This document shows, in pieces, positions 1-9,611 of a stretch of DNA of 64,000 bases (position 1 is its first letter; every line of letters starts with the position of its first letter). The notes under the pieces were generated by a model, which was not told the DNA's origin, searched no databases, and saw only the letters and a list, made by a program, of their open reading frames with translations. Origin of the DNA: Patescibacteria group bacterium UBA2196 (lineage in GTDB: Bacteria; Patescibacteriota; Patescibacteriia; UBA2196). Position numbers and translations under genes: made by a program. The stretch lies in assembly GCA_002328025.1 (NCBI GenBank), contig DCVE01000014.1, forward strand, positions 69,882 to 133,881, read 5' to 3'.

Positions 1-2
1 GT

Positions 3-179
3 ATTACCAGTATGTTTTTTTTACAAATCATTATTAATATTGGTATGTCTTTGGGGTTATTGCCAGTTACTGGCTTACCTCTGCCATTCATTAGTTCGGG
101 CGGTAGCTTTTTAATTATCAGTTTAGTGGCAGTGGGTATTTTAGAAAGTATTTTAATGCGCAATAAGGGCGTAATCTAG
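3..179 (+). CDS. FtsW/RodA/SpoVE (SEDS) family cell-wall polymerase, C-terminal fragment (5' end outside window)
   Basis: Frame 3 reads ...GMSLGLLPVTGLPLPFISSGGSFLIISLVAVGILESILMRNKGVI*. The GLPLPFIS(Y/S)GGSS block is the conserved C-terminal SEDS motif. Stop at 177-179. Confidence 0.6.
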   Translation: MTSMFFLQIIINIGMSLGLLPVTGLPLPFISSGGSFLIISLVAVGILESILMRNKGVI

Positions 180-191
180 AAATTTTGTAAT

Positions 192-220
192 TTGACATTT
201 ATCTAGTTTACGCTTATAAT
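192..220 (+). promoter_or_regulatory. sigma70-like promoter for rplY (TTGACA-N17-TATAAT)
   Basis: TTGACA at 192-197, 17-nt spacer, TATAAT at 215-220, about 28 nt upstream of the rplY start. Confidence 0.5.
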
Positions 221-247
221 ATTTATAATCAGTTATAAATATTTTTT

Positions 248-901
248 ATGCAGAAAAAAATTGAATTACGAGCAGTCGCCAGAGTCGCTTTGGGCAAAGA
301 TAATGGTGGTTTAAGAACTGACAATTTAGTGCCGGCAGTTATTTATGGTCATGATTTTGCCAATCAAAACATTGCGGTGAAATATAGTGATTTAGAAAAA
401 GCTTACGCCGAGGGCGGTGAGTCTGTTTTGCTTGATTTAATAGTGGATGATGGTGTTAGTCATAAGGTTATCATTCATGCTATAGCCCGTGATCCTTTAA
501 AGGAACGTTTTATACACGTGGATTTTTATAAAGTCAAAATGGATGAAAAAATTAAAACCGATGTGGCCTTGGAATTCGTTGGTGAAGCCCCAGCTGTCAA
601 AGAGTTAGGTGGATCTTTGATTAAGGCCATGGATCATATAGAAATAGAATGTTTGCCTGGTGATTTAATACAAACTTTGGTTATTGATTTATCCAAGTTG
701 AAAAATTTTGGTGATTCAATTCGAGTCGCCGATCTTGATATCCCAGCCAACATCACCTTGTTATCAGCTAAAGACGCAACTATTGTTTTAGTTGAAGAAA
801 CCAAAGCAGCCACTCTTGAGGAAACTTCTACACCAACAGCTGCTCCGACAGGGGGTGAAAAAGTTGATGCTGTGGAAGAAGAAAAAAATAAAGAAAATTA
901 A
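248..901 (+). CDS. rplY: 50S ribosomal protein L25 / general stress protein Ctc
   Basis: 217 aa. N-terminal L25 5S-rRNA-binding beta-barrel (IELRAVARVALGK...NLVPAVIYG) plus the long acidic C-terminal tail typical of Ctc-type L25. Confidence 0.8.
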   Translation: MQKKIELRAVARVALGKDNGGLRTDNLVPAVIYGHDFANQNIAVKYSDLEKAYAEGGESVLLDLIVDDGVSHKVIIHAIARDPLKERFIHVDFYKVKMDEKIKTDVALEFVGEAPAVKELGGSLIKAMDHIEIECLPGDLIQTLVIDLSKLKNFGDSIRVADLDIPANITLLSAKDATIVLVEETKAATLEETSTPTAAPTGGEKVDAVEEEKNKEN

Positions 902-934
902 TTTTTATATCTTTTATTTTAGCTCACCCATCTT

Positions 935-1438
935 ATGTTGTTTGACAATAAAAAAAAATCCCGAGGGTTTACTCTAATTGAACTTTTGGTGGTTATTTCT
1001 ATTATGGGCTTGTTGTCTGTATTGGCCATGGCGGCTTTACAAAATGCACGACAAAAAAGTCGTGATGCACGCCGTTTGGGCGACATGAAACAAATTAAAA
1101 CTGCTATTGAGCTTTATTTTGATGCCAATGGTTTTTATCCTCAATGTGCTGGCAACAGTCTCTGCACCAGTACTGGCTATCAGGGAAATATTCAAGCGTT
1201 GGCCATAAGTCCTACCTATATGTTAAACATACCAATTGATCCAAAAAACAGCAGTACTGTTTATGGTTATTATTATGCTCGTGGTTATAAACAAACTGGC
1301 GCCACTTCTTTACAAGCCACAGGTTTAATTACAGATTATGTATTAGCCACTCGTCTGGAAATTCCAAACAGCGCTGCCACATTAATTCCAAATAATATTT
1401 GGGATAATGCTAGTCTAAATTTTTTGTTGGGAAATTAA
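935..1438 (+). CDS. type IV pilin / GspG-like pseudopilin with class III signal peptide
   Basis: Short basic leader then G|FTLIELLVVISIMGLL (prepilin peptidase site with Glu+5). Followed by the GspG/PilA-like block ...IELYFDANGFYP. Confidence 0.7.
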   Translation: MLFDNKKKSRGFTLIELLVVISIMGLLSVLAMAALQNARQKSRDARRLGDMKQIKTAIELYFDANGFYPQCAGNSLCTSTGYQGNIQALAISPTYMLNIPIDPKNSSTVYGYYYARGYKQTGATSLQATGLITDYVLATRLEIPNSAATLIPNNIWDNASLNFLLGN

Positions 1439-1449
1439 AATAAAAATCA

Positions 1450-1965
1450 ATGTCATTACAAGAACAAAACCGGTTAGCCGGTTTTAGGTTGCAGAAAGTT
1501 TTTGTTGCAGTAGTGATTGTCTTCCTAATGGTTTTATCAACCGCTTCTTTTGATGTTATACAAGCCAAAGTTCGAGATCAAAAACGTAAAGCTGATTTAC
1601 AACAAATCAGTCTGGCTTTACAGCTCTATTTTGATAATTATCAAAAATTTCCACCAGTTGAAGATAATGATTGGTCTGGTTGGGACTTAAGTTTTGAGTT
1701 TGATGGCTCCAAACAAACATTTTTAAGCAAACTTTCACAAACTGGTTACATTGATCGTGTTCCTGTTGACCCACTAAATAATTCCAGCTATCTCTATCGT
1801 TATAATTATTATCCGGCTGGTTCTTTTGGGTGTAGTAAAGCTTTTTTTATTTTGCAGGCGCTTAATTTTGAAGGAAGTGAAAAAAAACACGGTTCTGGTT
1901 TTTGTCCCGAGTATAATTTTGTTGACATGGCTTTTAATGGCTATACCATTCAAATCTTTGAATGA
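1450..1965 (+). CDS. pilin-like protein with degenerate prepilin motif (minor pilin/pseudopilin-like)
   Basis: Has ...LAG|FRLQKVFVAVVIVFLMVL plus QLYFDNYQKFPP, parallel to the upstream pilin, but Lys instead of Glu at +5. Ends with a Cys-containing C-terminus. Confidence 0.45.
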   Translation: MSLQEQNRLAGFRLQKVFVAVVIVFLMVLSTASFDVIQAKVRDQKRKADLQQISLALQLYFDNYQKFPPVEDNDWSGWDLSFEFDGSKQTFLSKLSQTGYIDRVPVDPLNNSSYLYRYNYYPAGSFGCSKAFFILQALNFEGSEKKHGSGFCPEYNFVDMAFNGYTIQIFE

Positions 1966-3041
1966 TTTATAAGATAATGAAAAATAATATTTTTAAAAAC
2001 AAAAAAAATATATTTGCCAGTCTTGGGCTGGTTTTTTTAATTTTAATTGGTGGAATTTTATTTTTTTATAATTTAAAACAAAAAACAACAGTCAACTTTG
2101 AAGTTTTAACCACGCAAAATAATGACGCAAAAGACTGTCAGATTAAAAATCAACTTAACGGAGTTTGTTGGTTGGAAGAACAAAAAAATCAATGGCCGGT
2201 GGCCATTATGATCGATAATCATCCTGACGCTTGGCCACAGTTTGGGCTAAGTAAGGCGTCCTTGGTTTACAGCACACTAGTTGAAGGTGGCGCCACTCGC
2301 ATTATGGCGGTTTTTTCTGTCACTGATGCCTTAAAAATTGGACCAGTTAGAAGCGCACGACCTTATTTTTTAACTTGGGCCAAAGAAATTGATGCTCTTT
2401 ACGGTCATTCTGGCGGTTCCTTTGAGGCTATTGAAAAAATAAAAAAATATGAAATTATTAATTTAGAAGAAGTCAGTAGTTATGGCCCTCTTTATTTTTA
2501 TCGAGATAAAAGTAAGACTGCCCCACACAATCTTTTTACAACCGCTAAAAATTTATATCTGGCGCTAAGTGATTTTAGTTTAGCCAGTTCCACACCGAGT
2601 TTTGTGGCCTGGAAATTTTTAACCGACGCCAATATGACTACACAGCCGACGTCAAATATTAATCTTGATTATTCCGCTCTAGATTTGTTTGATGTTGCTT
2701 ATAGTTACAACACCACGACTGATATGTATCTGCGTTTTCAAAATAAAAAACCACACCTTGATGCTTTGAATGACAAACAAATTGCGGCTCAAACAGTTAT
2801 CGTTCAGTTTGTACCAGAAGAAATACACCTGGATGCGGCTGACCGATTACAAATTGATACATTGGGAGAGGGCCGAGCTTTAATTTTTTATCACGGGAAA
2901 CAATTGGTTGCTCGTTGGAATAAAAAAACAGTTATTGATCGTACAATTTTTTATACCGAAAACAATACAGAAGTTGTTTTTCCACCGGGTAATATTTGGG
3001 TGGAAGTTGTACCAGGAAAAAGAGATGTCCGGGTGGATTAA
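1962..3041 (+). CDS. DUF3048-like (YerB family) membrane-anchored secreted protein
   Basis: N-terminal TM helix. The motif AIMIDNHPDAWPQFGLSKASLVY...GGATRIMAVF recalls the DUF3048 N-domain signature (...NxPxARPQSGL...). Recalled from memory, not verified. Confidence 0.4.
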   Translation: MIYKIMKNNIFKNKKNIFASLGLVFLILIGGILFFYNLKQKTTVNFEVLTTQNNDAKDCQIKNQLNGVCWLEEQKNQWPVAIMIDNHPDAWPQFGLSKASLVYSTLVEGGATRIMAVFSVTDALKIGPVRSARPYFLTWAKEIDALYGHSGGSFEAIEKIKKYEIINLEEVSSYGPLYFYRDKSKTAPHNLFTTAKNLYLALSDFSLASSTPSFVAWKFLTDANMTTQPTSNINLDYSALDLFDVAYSYNTTTDMYLRFQNKKPHLDALNDKQIAAQTVIVQFVPEEIHLDAADRLQIDTLGEGRALIFYHGKQLVARWNKKTVIDRTIFYTENNTEVVFPPGNIWVEVVPGKRDVRVD

Positions 3042-3055
3042 AAATCATTTTATTT

Positions 3056-3964
3056 TCACGATAATTCAATCATTGCCAGTCTTGTATGACCGGCCAGGTC
3101 AGGATAAAAGGAAAGTTTGGTTTGGCGAGTAGAAAAATTACGGCGGATAATTTTAAGCAGGCCGTTTTTTTGTTGAAAGCCAATTTCGCACAAAATAGTT
3201 TTTTTGTAGTTAGGAATTTTTTTTAACTGAGCAAATAATTGCTGATAAGCTTTTAACCCATCTTTACCGGCAAATAATGCTGTTTTTGGTTCAAATTTTA
3301 AACCAATTTCTTCTGGTCGCGCAGTTATTTTTTTGTCGGGTAAATAGGGTAAGTTGGCAGTAATTAATAGCTCCTCATTATTTGTCGTGGGGCTGGGGCG
3401 TATATATTTTATATTTTTTATTATCGGCCTTAAAAGATCACCTTTTAAAAATTTTATTTTTTTTTCAACTTTATGCAGTTTAGAATTTTTTTTAGCCACT
3501 TTTAAAGCTTGGTTAGAAATATCAACAGCATAAATTAGTAATCCGAGATCGTTTTTATATTTTTGTATGTTTTTTAAAATAGCAATTGGAATACAACCAG
3601 AGCCAGTTCCCAAATCAATTAAAGTATATTTTTTAGCTGGATTATTTTTAATAATTTCCAAAGTTTTTTCCACTAAAAGTTCTGTTTCGGGGCGGGGGAT
3701 TAAAACATTTTTATTTACCAAAAAATCAAGGCCATAAAATTTTTTATGACCAATCAAATAGGCAACCGGTTCGCCTTTAATTCGACGTCTAAGTAAGGCA
3801 TAAAATTTTTTTATTTGATCGTAAGTGGGTTTATTTTCTGGATGGGTAAAAATAAAAATTTTATCTTTTCTTAGGACAAAAGCTAAAATAACTTCAACAT
3901 CCAGCATTGAAAATTTATAACCAATTTTTTCTTCGATATTCAATAGAACGTCAGCAATCGTCAT
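3056..3964 (-). CDS. prmC: release-factor glutamine N5-methyltransferase PrmC (HemK)
   Basis: SAM-MTase motifs [15 protein letters not shown] and the substrate-binding NPPY-type motif (here NLPY). Overlaps the prfA stop by 4 nt, the classic prfA-prmC operon. Confidence 0.85.
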   Translation of the reverse strand: MTIADVLLNIEEKIGYKFSMLDVEVILAFVLRKDKIFIFTHPENKPTYDQIKKFYALLRRRIKGEPVAYLIGHKKFYGLDFLVNKNVLIPRPETELLVEKTLEIIKNNPAKKYTLIDLGTGSGCIPIAILKNIQKYKNDLGLLIYAVDISNQALKVAKKNSKLHKVEKKIKFLKGDLLRPIIKNIKYIRPSPTTNNEELLITANLPYLPDKKITARPEEIGLKFEPKTALFAGKDGLKAYQQLFAQLKKIPNYKKTILCEIGFQQKNGLLKIIRRNFSTRQTKLSFYPDLAGHTRLAMIELS

Positions 3965-5001
3965 GTCTGGATTTTTTTTAATTCTTCAATTATTTTTTCT
4001 AAATTTCCATCCATAATGGTGGCGATATTGTGCCAGCTTTGCTTAATTCGATGATCAGTGACGCGATCTTGGGGAAAGTTATAGGTACGGATTTTTTCAC
4101 TTCTGTCACCACTACCGACCTGCGTTTTTCTTTCTGCGGATAAGGTTTGATGTTTTTTTTCTTCGTCTGCTGCCAAAATACGGGCGCGCAAAACTTGCAT
4201 GGCTTTATCTTTATTTTGTCCTTGTGAACGTTCGTCTTGACACGAGACAACAATACCGGTTGGAATATGTGTAATGCGCACCGCCGAATGGGTTGTATTG
4301 ACGCTCTGTCCGCCATGTCCGCCGGCGCAAAAAGTATCAATTTTTAAGTCTTTGATTTCAATTTTAACATCCACCTCCTCAGCTTCAGGCATGACCGCGA
4401 CCGTGACAGCTGAAGTATGAATGCGACCGGCTTTTTCTGTTTCCGGCACTCTTTGTACACGGTGAGTGCCACTTTCATATTTTAACCAACCATAAACATT
4501 TTGGCCCTTAACTTCAAATATAACTTCTTTAAAACCGCCAATGCAAATGCGATTGGCGGTTATGATGTCGGTTTTCCAATTCATTTTTTCTGCAAATCTG
4601 GCATACAGGCGAAACATTTCCGCCGCAAACAAAGCTGATTCATCACCACCAGTCCCAGCTCTAATTTCCATAATGACATCTTTTTTGTCGAGTGGATTTT
4701 TAGGATTTAAACACTCTTCAATTGTTTGGCGCAGGCTTTCATTTTCAAGTTCAAATTTTGAGTTTTCTTTTATGGCCAGATCTTTTAATTCAAGTTCATC
4801 ACTATTAATGATGTGGTTGTTTTCTTCTATACTAATAGTATTTTTTTCCAGTTGATTAATTTTTTCTATCACTTCTTTCATCTCAGAAAGTTTTTTTATG
4901 GTGTTAATATAGTTTTTTTGATCAGCTAAAACAGCCAGGTCATTAATGGCTCGTTCTAAATCTGCATATGTATCTCGTATTGGTTGATAGGGAGACAGCA
5001 T
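3961..5001 (-). CDS. prfA: peptide chain release factor 1
   Basis: GGQ motif ([11 protein letters not shown]) and RF1-type tripeptide region [18 protein letters not shown]. Sits upstream of prmC. Confidence 0.85.
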   Translation of the reverse strand: MLSPYQPIRDTYADLERAINDLAVLADQKNYINTIKKLSEMKEVIEKINQLEKNTISIEENNHIINSDELELKDLAIKENSKFELENESLRQTIEECLNPKNPLDKKDVIMEIRAGTGGDESALFAAEMFRLYARFAEKMNWKTDIITANRICIGGFKEVIFEVKGQNVYGWLKYESGTHRVQRVPETEKAGRIHTSAVTVAVMPEAEEVDVKIEIKDLKIDTFCAGGHGGQSVNTTHSAVRITHIPTGIVVSCQDERSQGQNKDKAMQVLRARILAADEEKKHQTLSAERKTQVGSGDRSEKIRTYNFPQDRVTDHRIKQSWHNIATIMDGNLEKIIEELKKIQT

Positions 5002-5100
5002 AATTTCTAATCTTCAATTTTTAATTTCTAAACAATGTATTAATTATCAAATTTATAAATTTGAAACATTAAAAATTAGGAATTGAGAATTAAATAAAAA
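5002..5100. repeat. ~100-bp AT-rich intergenic repeat, copy A (copy B at 15055-15155)
   Basis: Aligning both plus strands by eye gives about 85% identity over ~95 nt. Shared blocks aatttYtaatYttcaattt...aaacaatgtNttaattat...ttgaaacattaaaaatta. Copy A contains a perfect 16-bp palindrome CAAATTTATAAATTTG (5048-5063). Confidence 0.55.
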
Positions 5101-5149
5101 CCCTGCTTGATATTAATTATAGCAGAATTTTTTGGATAAATTAAAACAG

Positions 5150-5464
5150 TTATTTTTTGGTAGCCTTTTTTGTTGTTTTAATTACTTCGACATCTTTGGC
5201 TTTCTTGGCTTTTAAAGCCTGTCTTTTAGCTGTTTTACCTTTACTTTTACCGACCAGACTTTGAGTTTTAACAGATTTTTCTTTGAATTTTTCTACCCGT
5301 CTGGCTGTGTCAATTAATTTTTGATGACCAGTAAAAAAAGGATGACAAGCCGAACACAGCTCAACTTTAATTTCTTTTTGGGTGGAGCCAGTTTTAAAAG
5401 TATTGCCGCAAGCACAGACCACTACGGCGTCTTTATAATAGGTTGGATGAATGTCTTTTTTCAT
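5150..5464 (-). CDS. rpmE: 50S ribosomal protein L31 (Zn-ribbon type) with Lys-rich C-terminal extension
   Basis: [10 protein letters not shown]...VVCACGNTF...[12 protein letters not shown] matches the L31 CxxC...CxxC fold. Has an extra basic tail. Confidence 0.85.
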   Translation of the reverse strand: MKKDIHPTYYKDAVVVCACGNTFKTGSTQKEIKVELCSACHPFFTGHQKLIDTARRVEKFKEKSVKTQSLVGKSKGKTAKRQALKAKKAKDVEVIKTTKKATKK

Positions 5465-5665
5465 AAATAAAATAATTTTAACTATTTTTAATTATCATTA
5501 GTTTAACATGCTTTTTTAATCTTGACAAGAGGTGACTTTAAATGTTAGTGTTAATAAGTTAAAAAATTATTAATAAATCACACACTTAAGTTTTTTATCT
5601 TGGTTGTCCTGCCAAAATTAACCCAGATAATTTTTAGGCTTGAGTGGCGGAAAAAGGACACAATT

Positions 5666-6400
5666 ATGAAAAATGTTGAGCTAAAAAGCTTGATGCAAGC
5701 GGGTGTTCATTTTGGACACAAATCTGTTAACTGGAACCCTAAAATGGGCCCGTTTTTATATGGCACCAAAGCTGGCGTCCATATTTTTAATTTGGAAAAA
5801 ACAAAGTCACATTTAGAAGAGGCTTATGAGTTTATAAAAACAACGGTGGCTAATGGTGGTAATGTGTTATTTGTTGGCACCAAACCGCAAGCCAAGGACA
5901 TTGTCAGAAAATATGCCGAAGAGGCCGGCATGCCATTTGTAACTGAGCGTTGGTTAGGTGGTACTTTGACCAATTTTGCGGAAATTAATAAATTGGTTAA
6001 AAAATTAAGCCATCTCATTCAAAACTCAAATCATGAAGATTATGATCAAAAGTACACCAAAAAAGAACGTTTAATTTTTAGCGAAGAAATGATTGCGCTA
6101 GAAAAAACAATTGGTGGCATTGTAACTTTAGTAAAGTTACCAGACGTAATTTTTATTGCCAGTGTAAAGGCGGATAAAATTGCGGTTATTGAAGCCATAA
6201 AAACCAATGTTAAAATTGTAGGTATTTGTGATTCCAATACCAACCCCGACCGAGTTGATTATGTGGTGCCAGCCAATGATGATGCACTTAAATCTATTGA
6301 ACTCTTGGCAGCTTATTTTGCCGCCGCAGTTAAAGAAGGCAAAGAAGAAGCCTCACAAAAAAAACAAGAAGTTCAAATAGAAAACAAGAATGTTGAATAA
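5666..6400 (+). CDS. rpsB: 30S ribosomal protein S2
   Basis: MKNVELKSLMQAGVHFGHKSVNWNPKMGPFLYG is the S2 N-terminus. The ORF-track start at 5600 is probably an artefact. ATG 5666 is preceded by AAGGA. Confidence 0.9.
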   Translation: MKNVELKSLMQAGVHFGHKSVNWNPKMGPFLYGTKAGVHIFNLEKTKSHLEEAYEFIKTTVANGGNVLFVGTKPQAKDIVRKYAEEAGMPFVTERWLGGTLTNFAEINKLVKKLSHLIQNSNHEDYDQKYTKKERLIFSEEMIALEKTIGGIVTLVKLPDVIFIASVKADKIAVIEAIKTNVKIVGICDSNTNPDRVDYVVPANDDALKSIELLAAYFAAAVKEGKEEASQKKQEVQIENKNVE

Positions 6401-6440
6401 AAAAATAGTTTTAAAATTTTAAAATTAACAACAAAAAAAT

Positions 6441-7031
6441 ATGCCGATTGATTCCAAAATTATTCAAAAATTAAGAGCCGATACTGGCGCTGGTATTATG
6501 GATGTAAAAAAGGCCTTGGAAGAAGTGGCCGGTGACGAACAAAAAGCTTTGGAAATTTTAAGAATTAAAGGACAAAGGATTGCTGTTAAAAAACAGGAAG
6601 AGCGTGTAGCAAAAGAAGGGACCATCGCCTCTTATGTACACGCTAACGGTAAGGTGGCTACTTTGATCATGTTGGCCTGTGAAACTGATTTCGTGGCCAG
6701 AAATGAAGAATTTAAAAATTTGGCTCATGATATTGCCATGCAGGTGGCGGCCATGAATCCGCAATTTTTGACGGCCGATAAAGTGCCACAAGATGTCGTG
6801 GAAAAAGAAAAAGAAATTATGCGTGCTAGCTTACAAGATGAAAAGAAGCCCACCGCGGTTTTAGAAAAGATCTTAGCTGGCAAGATGCAGAAATTTTTTG
6901 AGGAAGTTTGTCTTTTGGAACAAAAATTTATCAAAGATGATACTAAAACTATTGCTGATTTAATTAATGAACAAACCGCTAAGTTGGGTGAAAAGATTGA
7001 AGTTAAAAAAATTGCTCGTTTAAGCTTATAA
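6441..7031 (+). CDS. tsf: elongation factor Ts (short form)
   Basis: UBA-like N-terminus IIQKLRADTGAGIMDVKKALEE and dimerisation core. In rpsB-tsf synteny. Confidence 0.9.
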   Translation: MPIDSKIIQKLRADTGAGIMDVKKALEEVAGDEQKALEILRIKGQRIAVKKQEERVAKEGTIASYVHANGKVATLIMLACETDFVARNEEFKNLAHDIAMQVAAMNPQFLTADKVPQDVVEKEKEIMRASLQDEKKPTAVLEKILAGKMQKFFEEVCLLEQKFIKDDTKTIADLINEQTAKLGEKIEVKKIARLSL

Positions 7032-7035
7032 TTTT

Positions 7036-7866
7036 TTGTCTATGTTGGTTGCTGAAGTCCAATTTACACCTTGGGATAAAGTTTATTGGTTTAATCCCGC
7101 TGGTTCTGATTTGTGTGTTGGTGATTATGCTGTTGTAAATACTGATTTGGGTATGGAATTGGGTGCAGTGATCAGTTTAAAAGAATTAACCGAAAGTGAA
7201 ATTGTTACGCGCGAAATTAAAAATATTGTTCGCAAAGCCAATTTATCAGATTTGGATAAGGCTAAAGAAAGAAATACACACAAAAAAGAAGTTTTAGACA
7301 CCTGTCGTCTGGCAGCGCAAAAAAATAATCTGGATATGAAATTAGTAGATGTGCATTTTTCCTTTGATGGCGGTCGCGTTACTTTTGCTTTTATTGCTGG
7401 TTCACGCTTGGATTTTCGTGGCTTAGTCAAGGATTTAACACATACTTTCCAAAAATCAATTCGCATGCAACAATTGGGTGTGCGTGATGAGGCTAAATAT
7501 TTAGGTAGTTGGGGCCCGTGTGGTCGCGGCCTGTGTTGTCAAAATTTTTTAAAAGACTTAGGTCAAGTTTCAGCCGAATACGTAGAGATTCAACAATTAA
7601 TGCATCGTGGTAGTGATCGTCTGTCTGGTATATGTGGACGTTTGCGCTGCTGTTTGCGTTATGAAAAAGAAACCTATGAAAAATTAACTGCCAGTTTACC
7701 AGCTATTGGCACCAAGGTGCGGACGGATCATGGTCGGGGTGTTATTATTGCACATAACATTTTACGTCAAAGTGTTAACGTGCAATTGGAGGGTGAGAGC
7801 GGTGCAAATGTTGAAATTCTAATTAAAGAAAATAACTCAAAAGAAGAAGCAAAAAAAGATGGTTAA
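7036..7866 (+). CDS. ricT: PSP1-domain protein, RicT/YaaT-like
   Basis: PSP1 C-terminal domain with the conserved Cys cluster GPCGRGLCCQNF...CGRLRCCLRYE seen in Bacillus YaaT/RicT. Confidence 0.65.
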   Translation: MSMLVAEVQFTPWDKVYWFNPAGSDLCVGDYAVVNTDLGMELGAVISLKELTESEIVTREIKNIVRKANLSDLDKAKERNTHKKEVLDTCRLAAQKNNLDMKLVDVHFSFDGGRVTFAFIAGSRLDFRGLVKDLTHTFQKSIRMQQLGVRDEAKYLGSWGPCGRGLCCQNFLKDLGQVSAEYVEIQQLMHRGSDRLSGICGRLRCCLRYEKETYEKLTASLPAIGTKVRTDHGRGVIIAHNILRQSVNVQLEGESGANVEILIKENNSKEEAKKDG

Positions 7867-7887
7867 AACCCATCTTCTTGCTTTTTT
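7853..7887 (+). terminator. rho-independent terminator after ricT
   Basis: Stem aaaaagatgg / ccatcttctt (10 bp, 1 mismatch), loop ttaaaac, then gcTTTTTT. The ricT stop codon lies in the loop. Confidence 0.5.
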
Positions 7888-7933
7888 AACAGGCATGGTA
7901 TAATAAAAATAATAAAAATTAAAATTATATTCT

Positions 7934-8977
7934 ATGCTCAATGATAAAAAGTTAGTTAAAAAATATAAGCACATTAAAATCGCTATTAATGGTTTTGGCC
8001 GCATTGGACGTCAATCTTTTAAAATTGCTCTAAAAAATAAAAAAGTTGAAGTTGTGGCAATAAATGATTTAGGCAGTATTGAAAGTTTGGCTTATTTATT
8101 AAAACATGATTCGGTTTATGGTTATTACCAGGAACAAATTTCTTTTGATAGTCAACACTTGATAGTTAATGGCAAAAAAATCATTGTCCTAAATGAAAAG
8201 GAACCCACAAAGCTTCCTTGGAAAAAAATGCAAGTGGATGTGGTTTTAGAATGCACTGGTTTTTTTACTGATGCGGTTGGAGCTGGACAACACCTTAAGG
8301 CTGGTGCTAAAAAGGTAGTTATTTCAGCACCGGGCAAGGATGATGTTGAGCACACTTATGTTTTAGGAACGCTAGAAACGCAGAAAAAAATTAAGCAAGG
8401 TAATATAATTTCCAATGCTTCTTGCACGACCAACTGTGTTGCACCAGTCATTCAGATTTTAGAAGATGTTTTTGGCATAGAAAAAGCCTTATTAAATACC
8501 TCGCATGCCTACACTGCTAGCCAAGGTTTGGTGGATGGTCCCAGTAGAAAAGATTTACGCGAAGGCAGGGCGGCAGCTATAAATCAAGTACCAGCGGCCA
8601 CTGGAGCTGCTAAAGCCACAGCCAAGGTCATTCCTGCTTTGAAGGGACTTTTTGACGGTATCGCTATTCGGGTGCCTGTGCTGTGTGGTTCAATTTCAGA
8701 TATAACTTGTGTGCTTAAAAAAGAGGTCACAGTTGAACAAATTAATAATGCTTTTCGTCAAGCAACAAAAAAACCATTATTTAAAGATATTTTAGCAGTT
8801 TCTGAAGAACCATTGGTTTCAACAGATATTCTTGGTGACACACACTCTGCTATTGTGGATTTGTCTTTAACCCGAGTGGTCGGTGGTAATTTAGTTAAAG
8901 TTATGGCTTGGTACGATAATGAATGGGGTTATTCTTGTCGTTTGGTTGAAATGGCGATTGCGGTGATGGGGAAGTAA
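7934..8977 (+). CDS. gap: glyceraldehyde-3-phosphate dehydrogenase
   Basis: NAD-binding INGFGRIGR and the catalytic SNASCTTNCVAP motif. Confidence 0.9.
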   Translation: MLNDKKLVKKYKHIKIAINGFGRIGRQSFKIALKNKKVEVVAINDLGSIESLAYLLKHDSVYGYYQEQISFDSQHLIVNGKKIIVLNEKEPTKLPWKKMQVDVVLECTGFFTDAVGAGQHLKAGAKKVVISAPGKDDVEHTYVLGTLETQKKIKQGNIISNASCTTNCVAPVIQILEDVFGIEKALLNTSHAYTASQGLVDGPSRKDLREGRAAAINQVPAATGAAKATAKVIPALKGLFDGIAIRVPVLCGSISDITCVLKKEVTVEQINNAFRQATKKPLFKDILAVSEEPLVSTDILGDTHSAIVDLSLTRVVGGNLVKVMAWYDNEWGYSCRLVEMAIAVMGK

Positions 8978-8989
8978 TAAATTAAAAAT

Positions 8990-9040
8990 AAAGCGGCTGG
9001 GATTAAAATACCAGCCGCTTATTAATTTTTTATTTTTTTA
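8990..9040. terminator. bidirectional terminator between gap (+) and the VanZ-like gene (-)
   Basis: Perfect 10-bp stem aagcggctgg / ccagccgctt with a 10-nt loop. A-run upstream and T-run downstream. Confidence 0.6.
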
Positions 9041-9156
9041 AATTAAATTCGCAGCCCCAATAATTTTGTTGGTAGAAGTTATAATTTTTGGCCAATTGGT
9101 TAGCTAAACTTGAGCCGTTATTTTGTTTCTAATCAAAATCATAAAATTTAACCTTT

Positions 9157-9507
9157 TTATTTTTTAAGGTAATAAATCGCTAAACCGGTCACAGTTCCCA
9201 CGCCATCCACTAGCCAGTCTAAAATACTGACCGAACGATTGGGAACAAAAGATTGATGCCATTCATCAGACAGAGCAAACACAAGGCAAAAGGTCAGCAC
9301 CACGAGCATTTTTTTAAAACTGTATTTTCCACCGGCTGCCATCAATAAATAACTTAAAATTAAAAACTCAAAAAAGTGCGCGATTGAGCCGTAGTCAAAC
9401 GCTTCTTTGGGATACTGGTCGCCAGGAATGGTGGACAGTAAAAAAATTATCAGCATCCAAATTATGGCCGGTAGAATTTTGGTAATGAATTTTCCATTTT
9501 TAAACAT
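9157..9507 (-). CDS. VanZ-like family membrane protein
   Basis: Four TM helices and the VanZ signature ...DEWHQSFVPNRS...DWLVDGVG. Confidence 0.65.
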   Translation of the reverse strand: MFKNGKFITKILPAIIWMLIIFLLSTIPGDQYPKEAFDYGSIAHFFEFLILSYLLMAAGGKYSFKKMLVVLTFCLVFALSDEWHQSFVPNRSVSILDWLVDGVGTVTGLAIYYLKK

Positions 9508-9611
9508 AGTGTTTTTAAGGTTAACACGTTTTCTACTCTTTTCAAAGTCTTTTAAAAATGCTATCTTTAATTTAAAGGTTAAAAATATTAATTCAATTTA
9601 ACATAAAATTT

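Noticed and set aside
3999-4855. ORFs 3999-4340 (-) and 4541-4855 (+) within prfA
   Set aside because: They are overlapping or antisense shadow ORFs of a conserved gene with no motifs.
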